Shown one piece after another: positions 29,501 through 42,650 of a stretch of DNA of 64,000 bases. The DNA is from Octopus vulgaris (Eukaryota): positions 39,308,001 to 39,372,000 of the forward strand of contig OX597818.1 of NCBI GenBank assembly GCA_951406725.2, in the 5' to 3' direction. A program made the position numbers and the translations under genes. Position 1 is the stretch's first letter. Every line of letters starts with the position of its first letter. The notes under the pieces are model-generated. The model did no database searches and was not told the DNA's origin. It saw only the letters and a program-made list of their open reading frames with translations.

Positions 29501-32500
29501 ACTTTCCAGGTTTCTTTGTTAAATCCTGTACAAGAAACAAAAATTCCAATATTTTGCTCACTATTTGTTCCTATTCTTCTATCTTTCTTTTTATCTTCCA
29601 TCAGCTTACCATAACTGCTGAAGACCAAGGAGATCCTCAGCGCAGGTCCACTGCAACTCTGATAGTTACAGTACTAAGGAATAATAATGCACCAGTATTC
29701 ACAGGTCTTCCATATTTTACGTCTGTTAGTGATACCACTCCAGTTCTTGTTAGTATATTTCAAGTTATAGCCACTGACTCTGACACAGTAAGTTTATTCA
29801 AATATTTTCTCTTTTGTTTTGCATTTCTCTAAGCATGTATTATATTGCTTGTTGAAAATGAGTTAGAAGGAATTAAAAAATTTATCCATTTTCCCACAAA
29901 TTCCAAATGAAAGTATTATATATTGAATTAAAGGGCAAAAGAGAAAAAGAGGCATTTAATAATAAAATCGTCCTCTCTCTCTCCACCTCTTTCACACTCC
30001 CTATGTATATGTGCTTAGGATTAGCATATAGTGGTATAAGGTCTTCTTCTGCAGGTTCTCTCTAACATATGCCAGCATGGAAAAATGGATGTAAAAACAA
30101 TGATGAGAATGATGATGATGAGGGTGATATTTTTATGTACTATAATGCATGAGTATGGAGGCACGTGGCTTAGTGGTTAGGGTAGTGGACTCGCAGTAGT
30201 TGTGTGTGTTTATTGAGCGAAAACACCTAAAAGCTCCACAAGGCTCCGGCGGGAGGTGGTGGTGACCCCTGGTGTACCCTTTCGCCACAACTTTCTCTCA
30301 ATCTCTCTTCATGTTTCTTGAGTAACGCTGCGATGGATTGGCGTCCCATCCAGCTGGGGATGGGGGGGGGGGGGACACATACGCCACAGAAACCAGGAAA
30401 CCAGGCCCATGAGCCTGGCTAGGCTTGATGAGGGTGACATTTATCGTTTTTATAATGCATGAGTATGAATTAATGCATATTTCAATATTTGTTTGTGCTC
30501 TAGGGTAAAAATGCAGAAATAAGATACAAAATAACTGGTCCAACAGAGTCTCAAAAGTTGTTTGAAATGAATGCTGATACAGGCATTATTTATCTTCGAA
30601 GTAGCTTATCTGGAGTCAGTCAAGACAGATATACGGTAATTATGAATATTTTTTTCTTTATGTTGTGTTTAATCCATAAACACTACAGAACACCACTTAT
30701 TAATAACTGCCGTCATAATTCTCATAAAAATATTTATCTAATATCATAGTTGGGAATGGTTTTGCTTGAAAAAGAACATATTCTAAGTAACTCATTCCTT
30801 TTTCTTAGAAACACATTTTCTGGATAATGAATGTCTTCAAGTATTGAAAAGATTGGTGTAATTCTGGTGTTTTCATTTAACTAAATTCAACATTCCACAG
30901 TTAAAAGCAGAACATTGTTTAGTCATTGCACAATGATTTGGCAGCTTACAGCAGTGAATTTAACCCTTTGGTGTTTAAACCGGCCATATCCAGCCAGAAA
31001 ACAGCACAGCTCCCATGACTTTCGGAAACATTTTTTCACGCTCAGAGTTGCTGAAGCATGGAACAAACTGCCTGCGTCCGTTGTTGACTGCCATGACACT
31101 GCATCCTTTAAGGCCCTCATGCTTTCTGAAATCCGCCGAAACTACACCTGATTGTCCCCCTTCCATACTCATACACATATGTGTATGTCATGACTCACGC
31201 ACTGTTCTTTTCCTGATGCTTGTACATTACCCTATGTACTATACATACACTTTAGATGAGTTGTAGTGCACCTGAGCACTGTACACAATGTTTTTATTAT
31301 TATTATTATTACATTCTACCTATTTTATGTTCAAACTAGTCAGATATGGTCATTCATAGCTACCTTATTGTGTCATTTTAAAAATAAACAATCACATCAT
31401 TGAAATCTCAAAGCCATGAAATGATGCAAGATTAATTTTACATGGTGTGAATAAATAAGCTTTACATTTGACAGAATAATCTGAATGCTAAAGGGTTATA
31501 GTTGATGATATATCTTGAATCAGTAATCGAATATTTTGATATACGGTAAATATGAACATTTTTTCTTTATGTTGTGTTTAATCCATAAACACTACAGGGC
31601 ACCACTTGTTAATAACTGCAGTCATAATTCTCATAAAATTTTAAACATTTAATTCCTAATCATTACCGTTATTGTTATTATGCCACAAACCTCTTCACAT
31701 TTTATTTATTTATTTTTTTAGATCAATGTTGAAGCATCTGATTCTGGTAGCAAGCCACAAACATCTAGAACACAAGTAGTAATCAGCATTTTGCACTCAA
31801 ATAAACCATTCTTTGATAGAAGCATGTATGAAGTGTCTGTGGACGAGGCAGCAGCAGTAAACTCTTATGTCTTCCAAGTTACAGCAAATGATCCTACACA
31901 ATCTGCGGTGAGTCACATAATTATCAGCTTTGCCTCTGTCTTTATTCAGTTATCAGTATCACTCACCATTCATCGTTTAACGTCTGCTTTCCATGCTAGC
32001 ATGGGTTGGACGATTTTGACTGAGGGCTGGCAAACCAGATGGCTGCACCAGGCTCCAATCTTGATTTGGCAGAGTTTCTACAGCTGGATGCCCTTCCTAA
32101 TGCCAACCACTCTGAGAGTGTAGTCGATGCTATTTACGTGTCACCGGCATGTGGGCCAGTCAGGCAGTACTGGCAATGACCTCACTCGAATCCTTTTACA
32201 CATGCCACCAGCACAGGTGCCAATTTCAATATGGATGCAGCATAACAGAAGGATCAAAAAAGTTAGCTTTGTAGTCACAAGGTCTCGAGTTTGATTCCAC
32301 TGCTACAGTGTGTGACATCTTGGAAAAGTATCTTTTACCATTGGCTTTGTGGCCTGGTGAATGAAATTGGAGAAATGGAAATTGGGCAGAAGAATATCAG
32401 ATAAATTATGTTTGTAATTCAAAAACACATTATCGTACATGAATCAAACTAATTCTACCTAAAGATTACATTAATGGTATACATATCTGTATACCAGGTG

Positions 32501-35500
32501 AGCTGGCAGAAACGTTAGCACGCCGGGTGAAATGCTTAGCGGTATTTCGTCTGCGTTACGTTGTGAGTTCAAATTCCGCCGAGGTCGACTTTGCCTTTCA
32601 TCCTTTCGGGGTTGATAAATTAAGTACCAGTGACGCACTGGGGTCGATGTAATTGACTTAATACCTATGTCTGTCCTTGTTTGTCCCCTCTGTGTTTAGC
32701 CCCTTGTGGGTAATAAAGAAATAGGTATACATATCTGTTGAATGGTCAGAATGACCAGCCACTCATGTTAATTTAATGAGCAGGTAATTCAGTTGATCAA
32801 ACATAGAATCATCAACATCAAAATTCAGAGAAATCTATTTACTACTTAACCCTTTTGATACCAAGCTACCTGAGACTGTCCTTGATTCTACAATATAAAC
32901 TTGTTGATTTAAAGTGATCTGAATTTAAACCTTCTATCACAATTTCATGTTAATTTATGTTCCAAATTCCAACATAATAATTACCAAGTTATTTTACTAA
33001 ATTCTAAATTAATTTCAAAATTAATTGAAATAAACACAGTGAAATATGTTAACAAAAAGGACATTTAATGACAGCTCGGTTCTATCATCTGAATATAGAA
33101 TAATTTATTGAGGAACAGCTTCACGTACTCACCATCTCACTTCTTTTTATGTGGGGAAAAAAATCAAATTAATATGATTTCTTTATTTTATGTTATCAAA
33201 TACTTTATATTGATATCATCTGGAACAGTTTTAATATGTTACGAAGAAATCATTTTCTGTGTGTGTTTGTATATGCATGTATGTGTGTACAGGTGCTTGT
33301 AAACCTATATATATTTATTTGTTTGTTTGTGTGTGTATGTGTGTGTGTGTAGCAGATGTTAATTGATGAGAATGATGATGACAATATATATATAATCATT
33401 CAACTTTCTTTTTACAGGGACAGTTACAATATCAAATGATTAACAATGTAGAACTATTTGCCATGAACTCAAATGGAGTAATAACTGTGGCGAAGCCACT
33501 TGTTGGTGTCAATATAAATATTGTTCAAGTAAGTCAGTTTTTATTATCAAGTTGAGTAAAAAGTAATCAACGTTTTGAACCATGAAGAATTTGTACCAGA
33601 TTTTTGCAGGGATTTGAATTTAATTTAAACATTCTTTTTTTTTTGCAATTATCTGATAATACAGACATAGACTTGCCCAAATAAATAAACATTGATTTTC
33701 TTTCCCTTTTGTTACAATCATCTGAAATGGAACTGTCAAAGCACAATATTCGAGCAATTTTGCTATTCAACTTCAAAAAACGATGTAAAGCAGCTGAAAC
33801 TGTTCATGATATCAATGAAACATTTGGTGAGGAAATGACCAGTGAGTGGTCGGCTCGAAAAGGTTTTAAAGTATTTCACAATGGAGACCTGAGCCATGAA
33901 GATTGTGAGTGTAGTGAACACCAATTCTGTCATCAATGATAGTTAGTTAAAGACCGTCATTGAGAAAGATCCACATAAAACTACTCAAGAACAGGCAAAA
34001 AAACTTCAAGTTAGTCAGAAAACTGCCTGCAACCATTTGCATGTGATCAGAAAATTAAAAAAACTTGACAAATGGGTACCACATGATTTGAATGAAAATC
34101 AAAAAATGCCCAGATATGAAATTTGTTTGTTGCTTCTTCTCCATAACCAGACCAATCCATTTCTTGACCATATTGTAACTTGTGGGGAAAAGTGGATTCT
34201 GTACAATAATAAAAAACATTCTTCACAGTGGTTGGACCAAAATGAAGACCACAAACCTTCCCTAAACCTGAACTCTTCAAAAAGACGGTTATGGTGACTG
34301 TTTGGTGGTGTACTGCTGGACTCATCCACTATAACTTCTTAAAACCTGGGAAAACCATTACTGCAGAAACATACTGCCATGAAATTACCAAAATGAACAA
34401 AAAACTGTTACTCCTCCATCCCAGACTGGTCAACTGAAGAGAGCCAATCATTCTTCATGACAATGCTTGACCACGCGTTTCACTAATAATGCTCTAGAAG
34501 TTAAAGGAACTTGCCTACAAAGTTCTTCCCCACCCAGCTTATTCCCCTGAACTTTCTCCTACCGACTTCAACTTTTTCAAGCAATTTGATAGTTTCCTGC
34601 AAGAGAAAGAGTTCAAAAATCAAACCAATGCTGAAAGTGCATTCAAAGAGTTCATCCAAAGAGTTACCAGAATAAACAACTTGTAACTCATTAGCAAAAA
34701 TGAGTTCATTGTAATGGTATTTACTTTGATGAATAAAATTTCCACATCACTGAAATATATTGTGATGAATTTCATGTTTCAAAATATTGCTTACTTTTTA
34801 CTCAGCCTGATATTTGTTATTACACAGTTTATATTTGAACAATCACCCTCTTCATCAACATATTTCGATTAGCAAAAGCTTTGATCATCTGGTGTGATTC
34901 ATTCACCTTAAAGTTTGTTCTGAAATGTTTAGGAGTATAGATCTCCTAAGAGATTGATATTTCATAGTAGAAATTGATACATCTAACAATTATAGGATTT
35001 TAAATACAATTCCTGAGAAAGTATTTCATATATATTTTATAATGAGAGAGGCTGAGTTAAGGGGTTACCCTGGGTTTCTCACTCATAAGGGGTTTAGCCT
35101 TATGGTGTATATTCAAACTGCAAATACTTCTGGCCTGAGATTTCTTCAAAATATGGAGGGGGAAAAGTCTTGTTATAAAAGTAAACACAAGGTGATTGTC
35201 TCCCTTTGCCATTAGCCATCAAGCTTCAGCCATGCTACCATCTTATGGTCACCAAAAAAACCACAAAGATAAACGGTTGTCTCCCTTCAGCCATGGCTAT
35301 TGACTTCTGGCAGTAGCATCACCCTGCAGATTCAAAGGCCAACTAAAATATTTACTAAATATTTAAAACACAAGAAAAACTGATTACTACAATATAAAAT
35401 TAAATTGCAGATGTTTATAATACTATATAATAATATACATTTCATTTTGATTTAAAATGCTTTGGGTGTTACTGGCTTTGTATATTAAATGTAATACTTT

Positions 35501-36839
35501 ACTGGCATGTATGCAATATTCCTGAACTGTAATTATTATTCATTTTTGCCAAACAGATTGAAGTGAAGGCATTCCGGAAAAACGATACATCAAGTTCCGC
35601 AACAACCACAGTTATTGTAAAGATAATCCGTAGAAACACTGCTCCAAGATTTAATAGCACCAATGTGGAAATTTCTATAACTGATGACACAACGATTGGA
35701 CATGTCTTCTATAAGGCTATAGCTACTGATCCTGATACTGTAAGCACCATTTATTTTCTTCAAAGAAATCATCCTATTAGCTACACAATCTCTGTTCCTT
35801 CATTCTTAACCTATTATTCATTCATATAAAAGTACTCTGCTTAATGTATGCAATGCCTAGTACTGTTTTCAGTATACTGTGTGTACATGCAAGTCCTGAG
35901 ATTTTGGTTACATATTTGTCAACATCTTTTTGAATTAGTGTTACAGTGCATACTATTACAAAGATTGTTTTTATTTTCAAGTTATATTCTGCTTTCTCTA
36001 TTTTCATATCTTTTACTTTTATTATTATTATTACTATTATTACTCTTTTACTTGTTTCAGTCATTTGACTGTGGCCATGCTGGAGCACCGCCTTTAGTCG
36101 AGCAAATCGACCCCGGGACTTATTTTTTGTAAGCCCAGTACTTATTCTATCGGTCTCTTTTGCCGAACCGCTAAGTGACGGGGACATAAACACACCAGCA
36201 TCAGTTGTCAAGCAATGCTAGGGGGACAAACACACACATACATATAAATATATATACGACAGGCTTCTTTCAGTTTCCGTCTACCAAATCCACTCACAAG
36301 GCATTGGTCGGCCTGGGGCTATAGTAGAAGACACTTGCCCAAGGTGCCATGCAGTGGGACTGAACCTGGAACCATGTGGTTGGTTGCCAAGACACACCCA
36401 GCACCCAAGGGCAAGTGAAGGATAAGAGATGTTACAGTATAACTGAAAGCTTGTGGAAGGGAAGTGGTGGGGGAAGTAGTGAAATATCTCCATATAATAT
36501 AAAACAGACATTTAAATTGATAAGGTTTTCCTGAGGATGTGGGTAATACTTGCAGGACAATCTTTTTGATTTCTGTGACACATGGTTCTCCTGGGATGTT
36601 GTCTAGACGTTTCTGACAACCCTTTATTAAGGCAGTGACCTGTCATAATCATTAATGTGAAAGACAAAATGTTCCGTGGCATTTCTTTTGGCTCTTTAAG
36701 TTCTGAGTTGACTTTGCCTTTCATCCTTTCGGGGTCAATAAAATAAGTACCAGTTGAATACTGGGATCAATGTAATCAACTATACCCCTCCCTCAAATTT
36801 CAGGCCTTGTTCCTGTTATAGAAAGTATTATTATTATTA

Positions 36840-36889
<50 letters not shown>

Positions 36890-39800
36890 TGTTTGACTTT
36901 TGCTTTGTATTTGTACAAGTTGGCTCCAAATCTCACCCAGAGACCTCAAGAGACAAGTTAGGAGTTCATTATTATTACTATTGTCATTATTATTTCCTCA
37001 TCATCATCATTATAAAGGCAGTAAACTAACAGAATCATTAGTACATTGGAGAAAAGGCTTAGTTACATTTCCTTCAGCTTCTTGCATTCTGAGCTTAAAT
37101 CCCTCTCATTATTTTTTATTACTGTTATCTTATTGCAGTGTACTGGTAGAATTGTTACCTAATAGTATTTGTTCAGGCTTTTTACTATTTGAATTAAAAT
37201 TCTGATGAGGTCAACTTCAATTTTCCTCATTCCAAAGTTAATAAATAAAAGTTTACTGGAGTTGATTTGATGAAGTAACAATTCGCCATCTCAAATCTGT
37301 AGCCTTGTTCCTATTATTATTACTATTATTACCTTGTTCCATTATTATTACTATTATTACCTTCAAAATCCTCCTGAAAATAAAAAAAAATAATGAATGA
37401 CAAGTGACTGAGACTTTTTGGCATTTTGCTGTGCTTGAAAAGACATGTCAACCTAAGTGAAATCATAGTCCTGACCAGTGCCATCAACACATAACAGGTA
37501 CTCATGCTAAGGACATGTAAAAGGCACCCATGCCAGTGGCCCACTAAAGGCACCCATTCCAGTGACGTGTTAAAGGTACCAGTGCCAGTGACACTTTAAC
37601 CCTTTAGTATTTAAACCGGCCATATCCGGCCAAAATATTTAATCTGTTTTATGTTCAAACTGACTGGATCCAGGCTCTCACACCTACCCTACAATGTTAT
37701 TCTACATTAAGTAATTACACCATCAAGATCTTGAAGATATGAGATAATGCATGATTAATTCAAATCAATGTGAATCAATAAGCATTATGTTTGATAGAAT
37801 AATTGGAACACTAAAGAGTTAAAGGTACCTAGTACGCTCTGTGGAGTGAGTGGCATTAGGAAGGACATCCAGCTGTAGAAGCCAAGCCAAAACTAACTGG
37901 AGCCTAGTACAGTTCTCTAACTCACTAGTTCCAGTCAAGTCGTTTAACCCATACCAGCATGGGAAATTGATGCTAAATGATTATTGTGACGATGAACAGT
38001 TGAATGTTCTAATTTCAAATCAACAGTTTATATTCTAAGTTCATACCTCGTCATGATCTACTCTGCCTGTCATCATCCCAGGAGTGATGGCATAAGTACC
38101 CATCATATATTAGAGTTGATATATCTGATTGCACCCATCCATTATCTCTACTTTAAATTTGTAGCCCAGTGAAGGGTAATGACCCCCTTTGGTCATGAAT
38201 GACCATGGAATTTCACCTAGAAAGTTACCCTCCGAGGTACAAATCCGGATAAGGTTGTTTATGGAAGACTAGCAGTCGCTCATGCTTACCAGCCTCCTCA
38301 CTCCACACCACTGATGTTCTCCAAGGGAACAGCAAAGGCCGATACAGCTTGGCACCAGTGATGTCACAACTCATTTCTACAGCTGAGTGAACTGGAGCAA
38401 CATGAAACAAAGTGTCTTGCTCAAGAAGACAACTCACAGTCCGGTGTAGGAATCGAACTCACAACCTCATGATCGTAAGCTCGATGCTGTAACCACGGAG
38501 CCCAGTACCAATGTTAGAAATCATTACTGCTCAACAGTTTATTAATGGATATCATATTTATTTTTATTTCTTCTTCAGGGTGAAAATGGTCGAATTACCT
38601 ACAAGATTATTAATTACAATCCACCATCTGGCAAAAGCTATTTCTATGTGAATCCTGAAACTGGTGATGTGACAGTTACAGCTTTGCTAAGCCAAAATCC
38701 AAGTCCTACAAAGAAATACATAGTAAGTAATATTAAAACTTTTCAATGTGTGGATGTAGTGAGAAATGTATTTAATAAATAAGATAAACCATTGCACTAA
38801 ATGCTTTAGAGTATTTTGCTTTAATCTTCTATTTTCATTTTGAATGCTGTTGTAATATTTTTCCTTCCATCAAGATTAATAACTTAAGCACTGGTTATAC
38901 CCATCATGAAGTGTTATTGGTACTTAATAAAATAAGAAGTACCCAGTGTTTTAAATTTCTAAATAAAGAATTAATTAAAGATTAAGGATATTGCAAGTCC
39001 AGAAGATAGAGGAGGTATTCCAGAATTTTACATAAATAATTAAATAAAATGAGAGCATCTTTTCACTTTCTATTCTGTTTTATCTCTGACAGCTTGATAT
39101 CCAAGCAGAAGACAATGGCTACCCCAAGAATACAGCTACCATGCGAATTACAGTCAATGTTGTCAGCCGTTCAAACATACCAGTATTCCAGCAAAGTGAA
39201 TATAAATTCAATATCACTTCTAAAGCTTCAAAGAATGACGTTGTTGGTATTGTATCTGCTACTGATAGAGATGGGGTAAGCATTATAATTTCACAAAATT
39301 GTCATTCAAAGAAAATAATCTTTTTCATGTGGAATATTTTATTTCTTGCAACCATACTTGTGTAAATATGTTAAACATCATAAGAAATAATAGCTAATAT
39401 GCAATCATTAAGCCTTCATATTATGATATTATTGAGATCCAATGTCTTTATGTAGTGATTCAAAAAAAGAGACTCGATATTATCCCTTATCTACTCTAGA
39501 CACAGTAACCTAATGAAATATTCAGTAATTTTACAGTCCCTTGTAGTAATATTTTTTATCTCAAGAAAGGCAAACCTACTGTAACTTGTATATGGTTTTG
39601 TTTATTGTAGTTTTTCTTTTTCTTATTTTTTACCTGGATTCAACCTTGTACAGGTTTGAGATACAAATTGCTGAACCTGTAGATCCACATGCTAGCTCTT
39701 TTATAATTCTAACTGATATTCTCGTGGTCTTAACTTTAGTAAGAAAGCTAAAATTCTTCAAATAAATATAGTATCAAATAACCAACCAAAAAGATCTAGC

Positions 39801-41878
39801 AAGCAGAATACTGTATCAAAAGTTAACCCATTCGTTACTGTATTTATCGTGAGAATCTCTGTTCTTCTTTCAATTACTTTAACTATAACAAAGAATTTAG
39901 TAAAATAACTTAGTTATCATTCAGCTAGTGTTAAGAACATAAATTGTGACAAAGGTTTGGTGAAAGATTTTAGTTCAAAACTTTTGAAAACAAGACATTT
40001 GTACTCAGAGCCAGAGCCAGTTTCAGCCAGGTTGCTAATGAAAGGGTTAAAGGACTTAAACCTCACATTATTAAGTCCACCCAGCTCTAAACAGGTAACA
40101 TTAGTTAGACTAGATCCTTACTGTAATCAACATAATCACTGTGTAATTGACAATTGCCTGGTCAGCTTGCAATCCTCGCCACAAAAATTCCCAGTAATGT
40201 CCTTTGGTGAAAAGGGACTTTGTCTTGGATATACTAAATGATGACAAGGTTTTCAAACGCAGCCAACAAGATCCAAAGATCAAATTTCCAACAAGGACGA
40301 GGCTAATGTGCACAAATACCAGCAAAAACAAAAATGTATCTGTATGCAAAATTTGTATATATTTTTAATCTTTTCAAATCAGTATCTTTTATGTATCTGT
40401 TTTGGTGACATATGTTGTTGGAACAACTAATAGACGTAAAGGTATAACATCATCATCATCATCATCGTTTAATGTCCGCTTTCCATGCTAGCATGGGTTG
40501 GACGGTTCAACCAAGATCTGGAAAGCCAGGATACTGCACCAGGCTTCAGTCTGATATGGCAGTGTTTCTACAGCTGGATGCCCTTCCTAACGCCAACCAC
40601 TCCGTGAGTGTAGTGGGTGCTTTTTACGTGCCTCCGGCACAGGTGCCAGGCAGGGCTGGCAATGACCATGATCGGATTGGTGCTTTTTATGTGCCACCAG
40701 CACGGAAGCCAGTCAAGGCGGCGCTGGCATCGGCCACATTCGGATGGTACTTTTTACATGCCACAATTAAAAAATATTTAAAAATCAGATTGTTACTTTT
40801 CTTTATTATTTAAAATTAAAATATATTTGTATAGAGTTTATATTTTTAATGCATGATTTTTCTCCATCTCCATGGCATCTATTTTAAGGATCAAGTAATA
40901 TACTCCATTCCTCAAAGTGACTTCTATTTTGCCGTCAATAACATCACAGGAGTAATTACTGTGAACGGAGACATTGCATCAAACCCTACATCTTACTATG
41001 AGGTAAGTTCTTCTTTGATTTTTATTTATTTGAATTATTACAATTATTTCAGTTATTTTATGAACACTATTATGTTATTGATCTCTCTTACTCCTTTACT
41101 CTTTTACTTGTTTCAGTCATTTGACTGCGGCCATGCTGGAGCACCGCCTTTAGTCGAGCAAATCAACCCCGGGACTTATTCTTTGTAAGCCCAGTACTTA
41201 TTCTATCGGTCTCTTTTGCCGAACCGCTAAGTGACGGGGACGTAAACACACCAGCATCGGTTGTCAAGCAATGCTAGGGGGACAAACACAGACACACAAA
41301 CACACACACATATATACATATATATACGATGGGCTTCTTTCAGTTTCCGTCTACCAAATCCACTCACAAGGCATTGGTCGGCCCGGGGCTATAGCAGAAG
41401 ACACTTGCCCAAGATGCCACGAAGTGGGACTGAACCCAGAACCATGTGGTTGGTTAGCAAGCTACTTACCACACAGCCACTCCTGCACCTATCTAGAAGA
41501 CATTAATTAAAATTTTTAATTAGGCTTCATCCATAGACAAGACAAACAGCTTGCATCAAACATAACAGTTTTATATTAACTTCTTACAATGATACAAGGC
41601 TACAACTTTGTAGAAGAGGGATATAATTAATTGTTCTTAGTATATCACACAAGAGCTAGCAGAATGAAAAATAAAAGAAAATAATAGAAAAATGAAAAAA
41701 TAAAAGAGACCATTACATAATTTGATTTCAGAATGCAAAGGAATGTTACTAAACACTCCTTCATGAACTACCTGATTTATGATGCAGCTGACTAGACCAT
41801 AACCCACACATGCCAGATATTTTACGCTTCTCAGCGGTGATTCCTGATGGTCCAGGTGCTTCCCTTGTCTTCATATCC

Positions 41879-41915
<37 letters not shown>

Positions 41916-41991
41916 ACATTGTGATTTTTGCTACTAAGGTATCGGTTAAACTTTTGATTAATCTACTACAAGATTATTCATCTGTCTATTT

Positions 41992-42044
<53 letters not shown>

Positions 42045-42412
42045 TAATATCAGAGTAATAAAGATTTTAGAAATTTTTGCTACCTGTGGCCTAGATTGTA
42101 GAAAAATTAGTCAATAGACTATATATTACTCATGTAAATACAGTGTACATTTAAACACATAAGAAGTATCCTTCATAGAATTCTTTTCACGCTAGAAGGA
42201 ACAGCTAAAGTCCAAACCACTATTAGGGATAAAAACTCGAAGGGAATGAAAAATAAAAACATTTACCATCTATTTCCTGGACCATGGTTTCTGACTTTTT
42301 TAAGCATCCCTAGTGTCTGTAAACACATTTAGCGAAGCTCTACATAGCACCAATAGCTTACTGGCTGCTATTTCTAACAACGCTTGTACTTCATGTACAT
42401 CAGCTTTGTGTG

Positions 42413-42472
<60 letters not shown>

Positions 42473-42607
42473 TACATATGCATAACTGTAAGAGACCATG
42501 TTTGATTTTTGCAGATAATAAATTTTTATTAAAGGTTATATCTCCATTTTCTTACTTTCATTTGAATGATTATAAACCATGATTTATATATGTGTGTGTG
42601 TGTGTAA

Positions 42608-42650
<43 letters not shown>

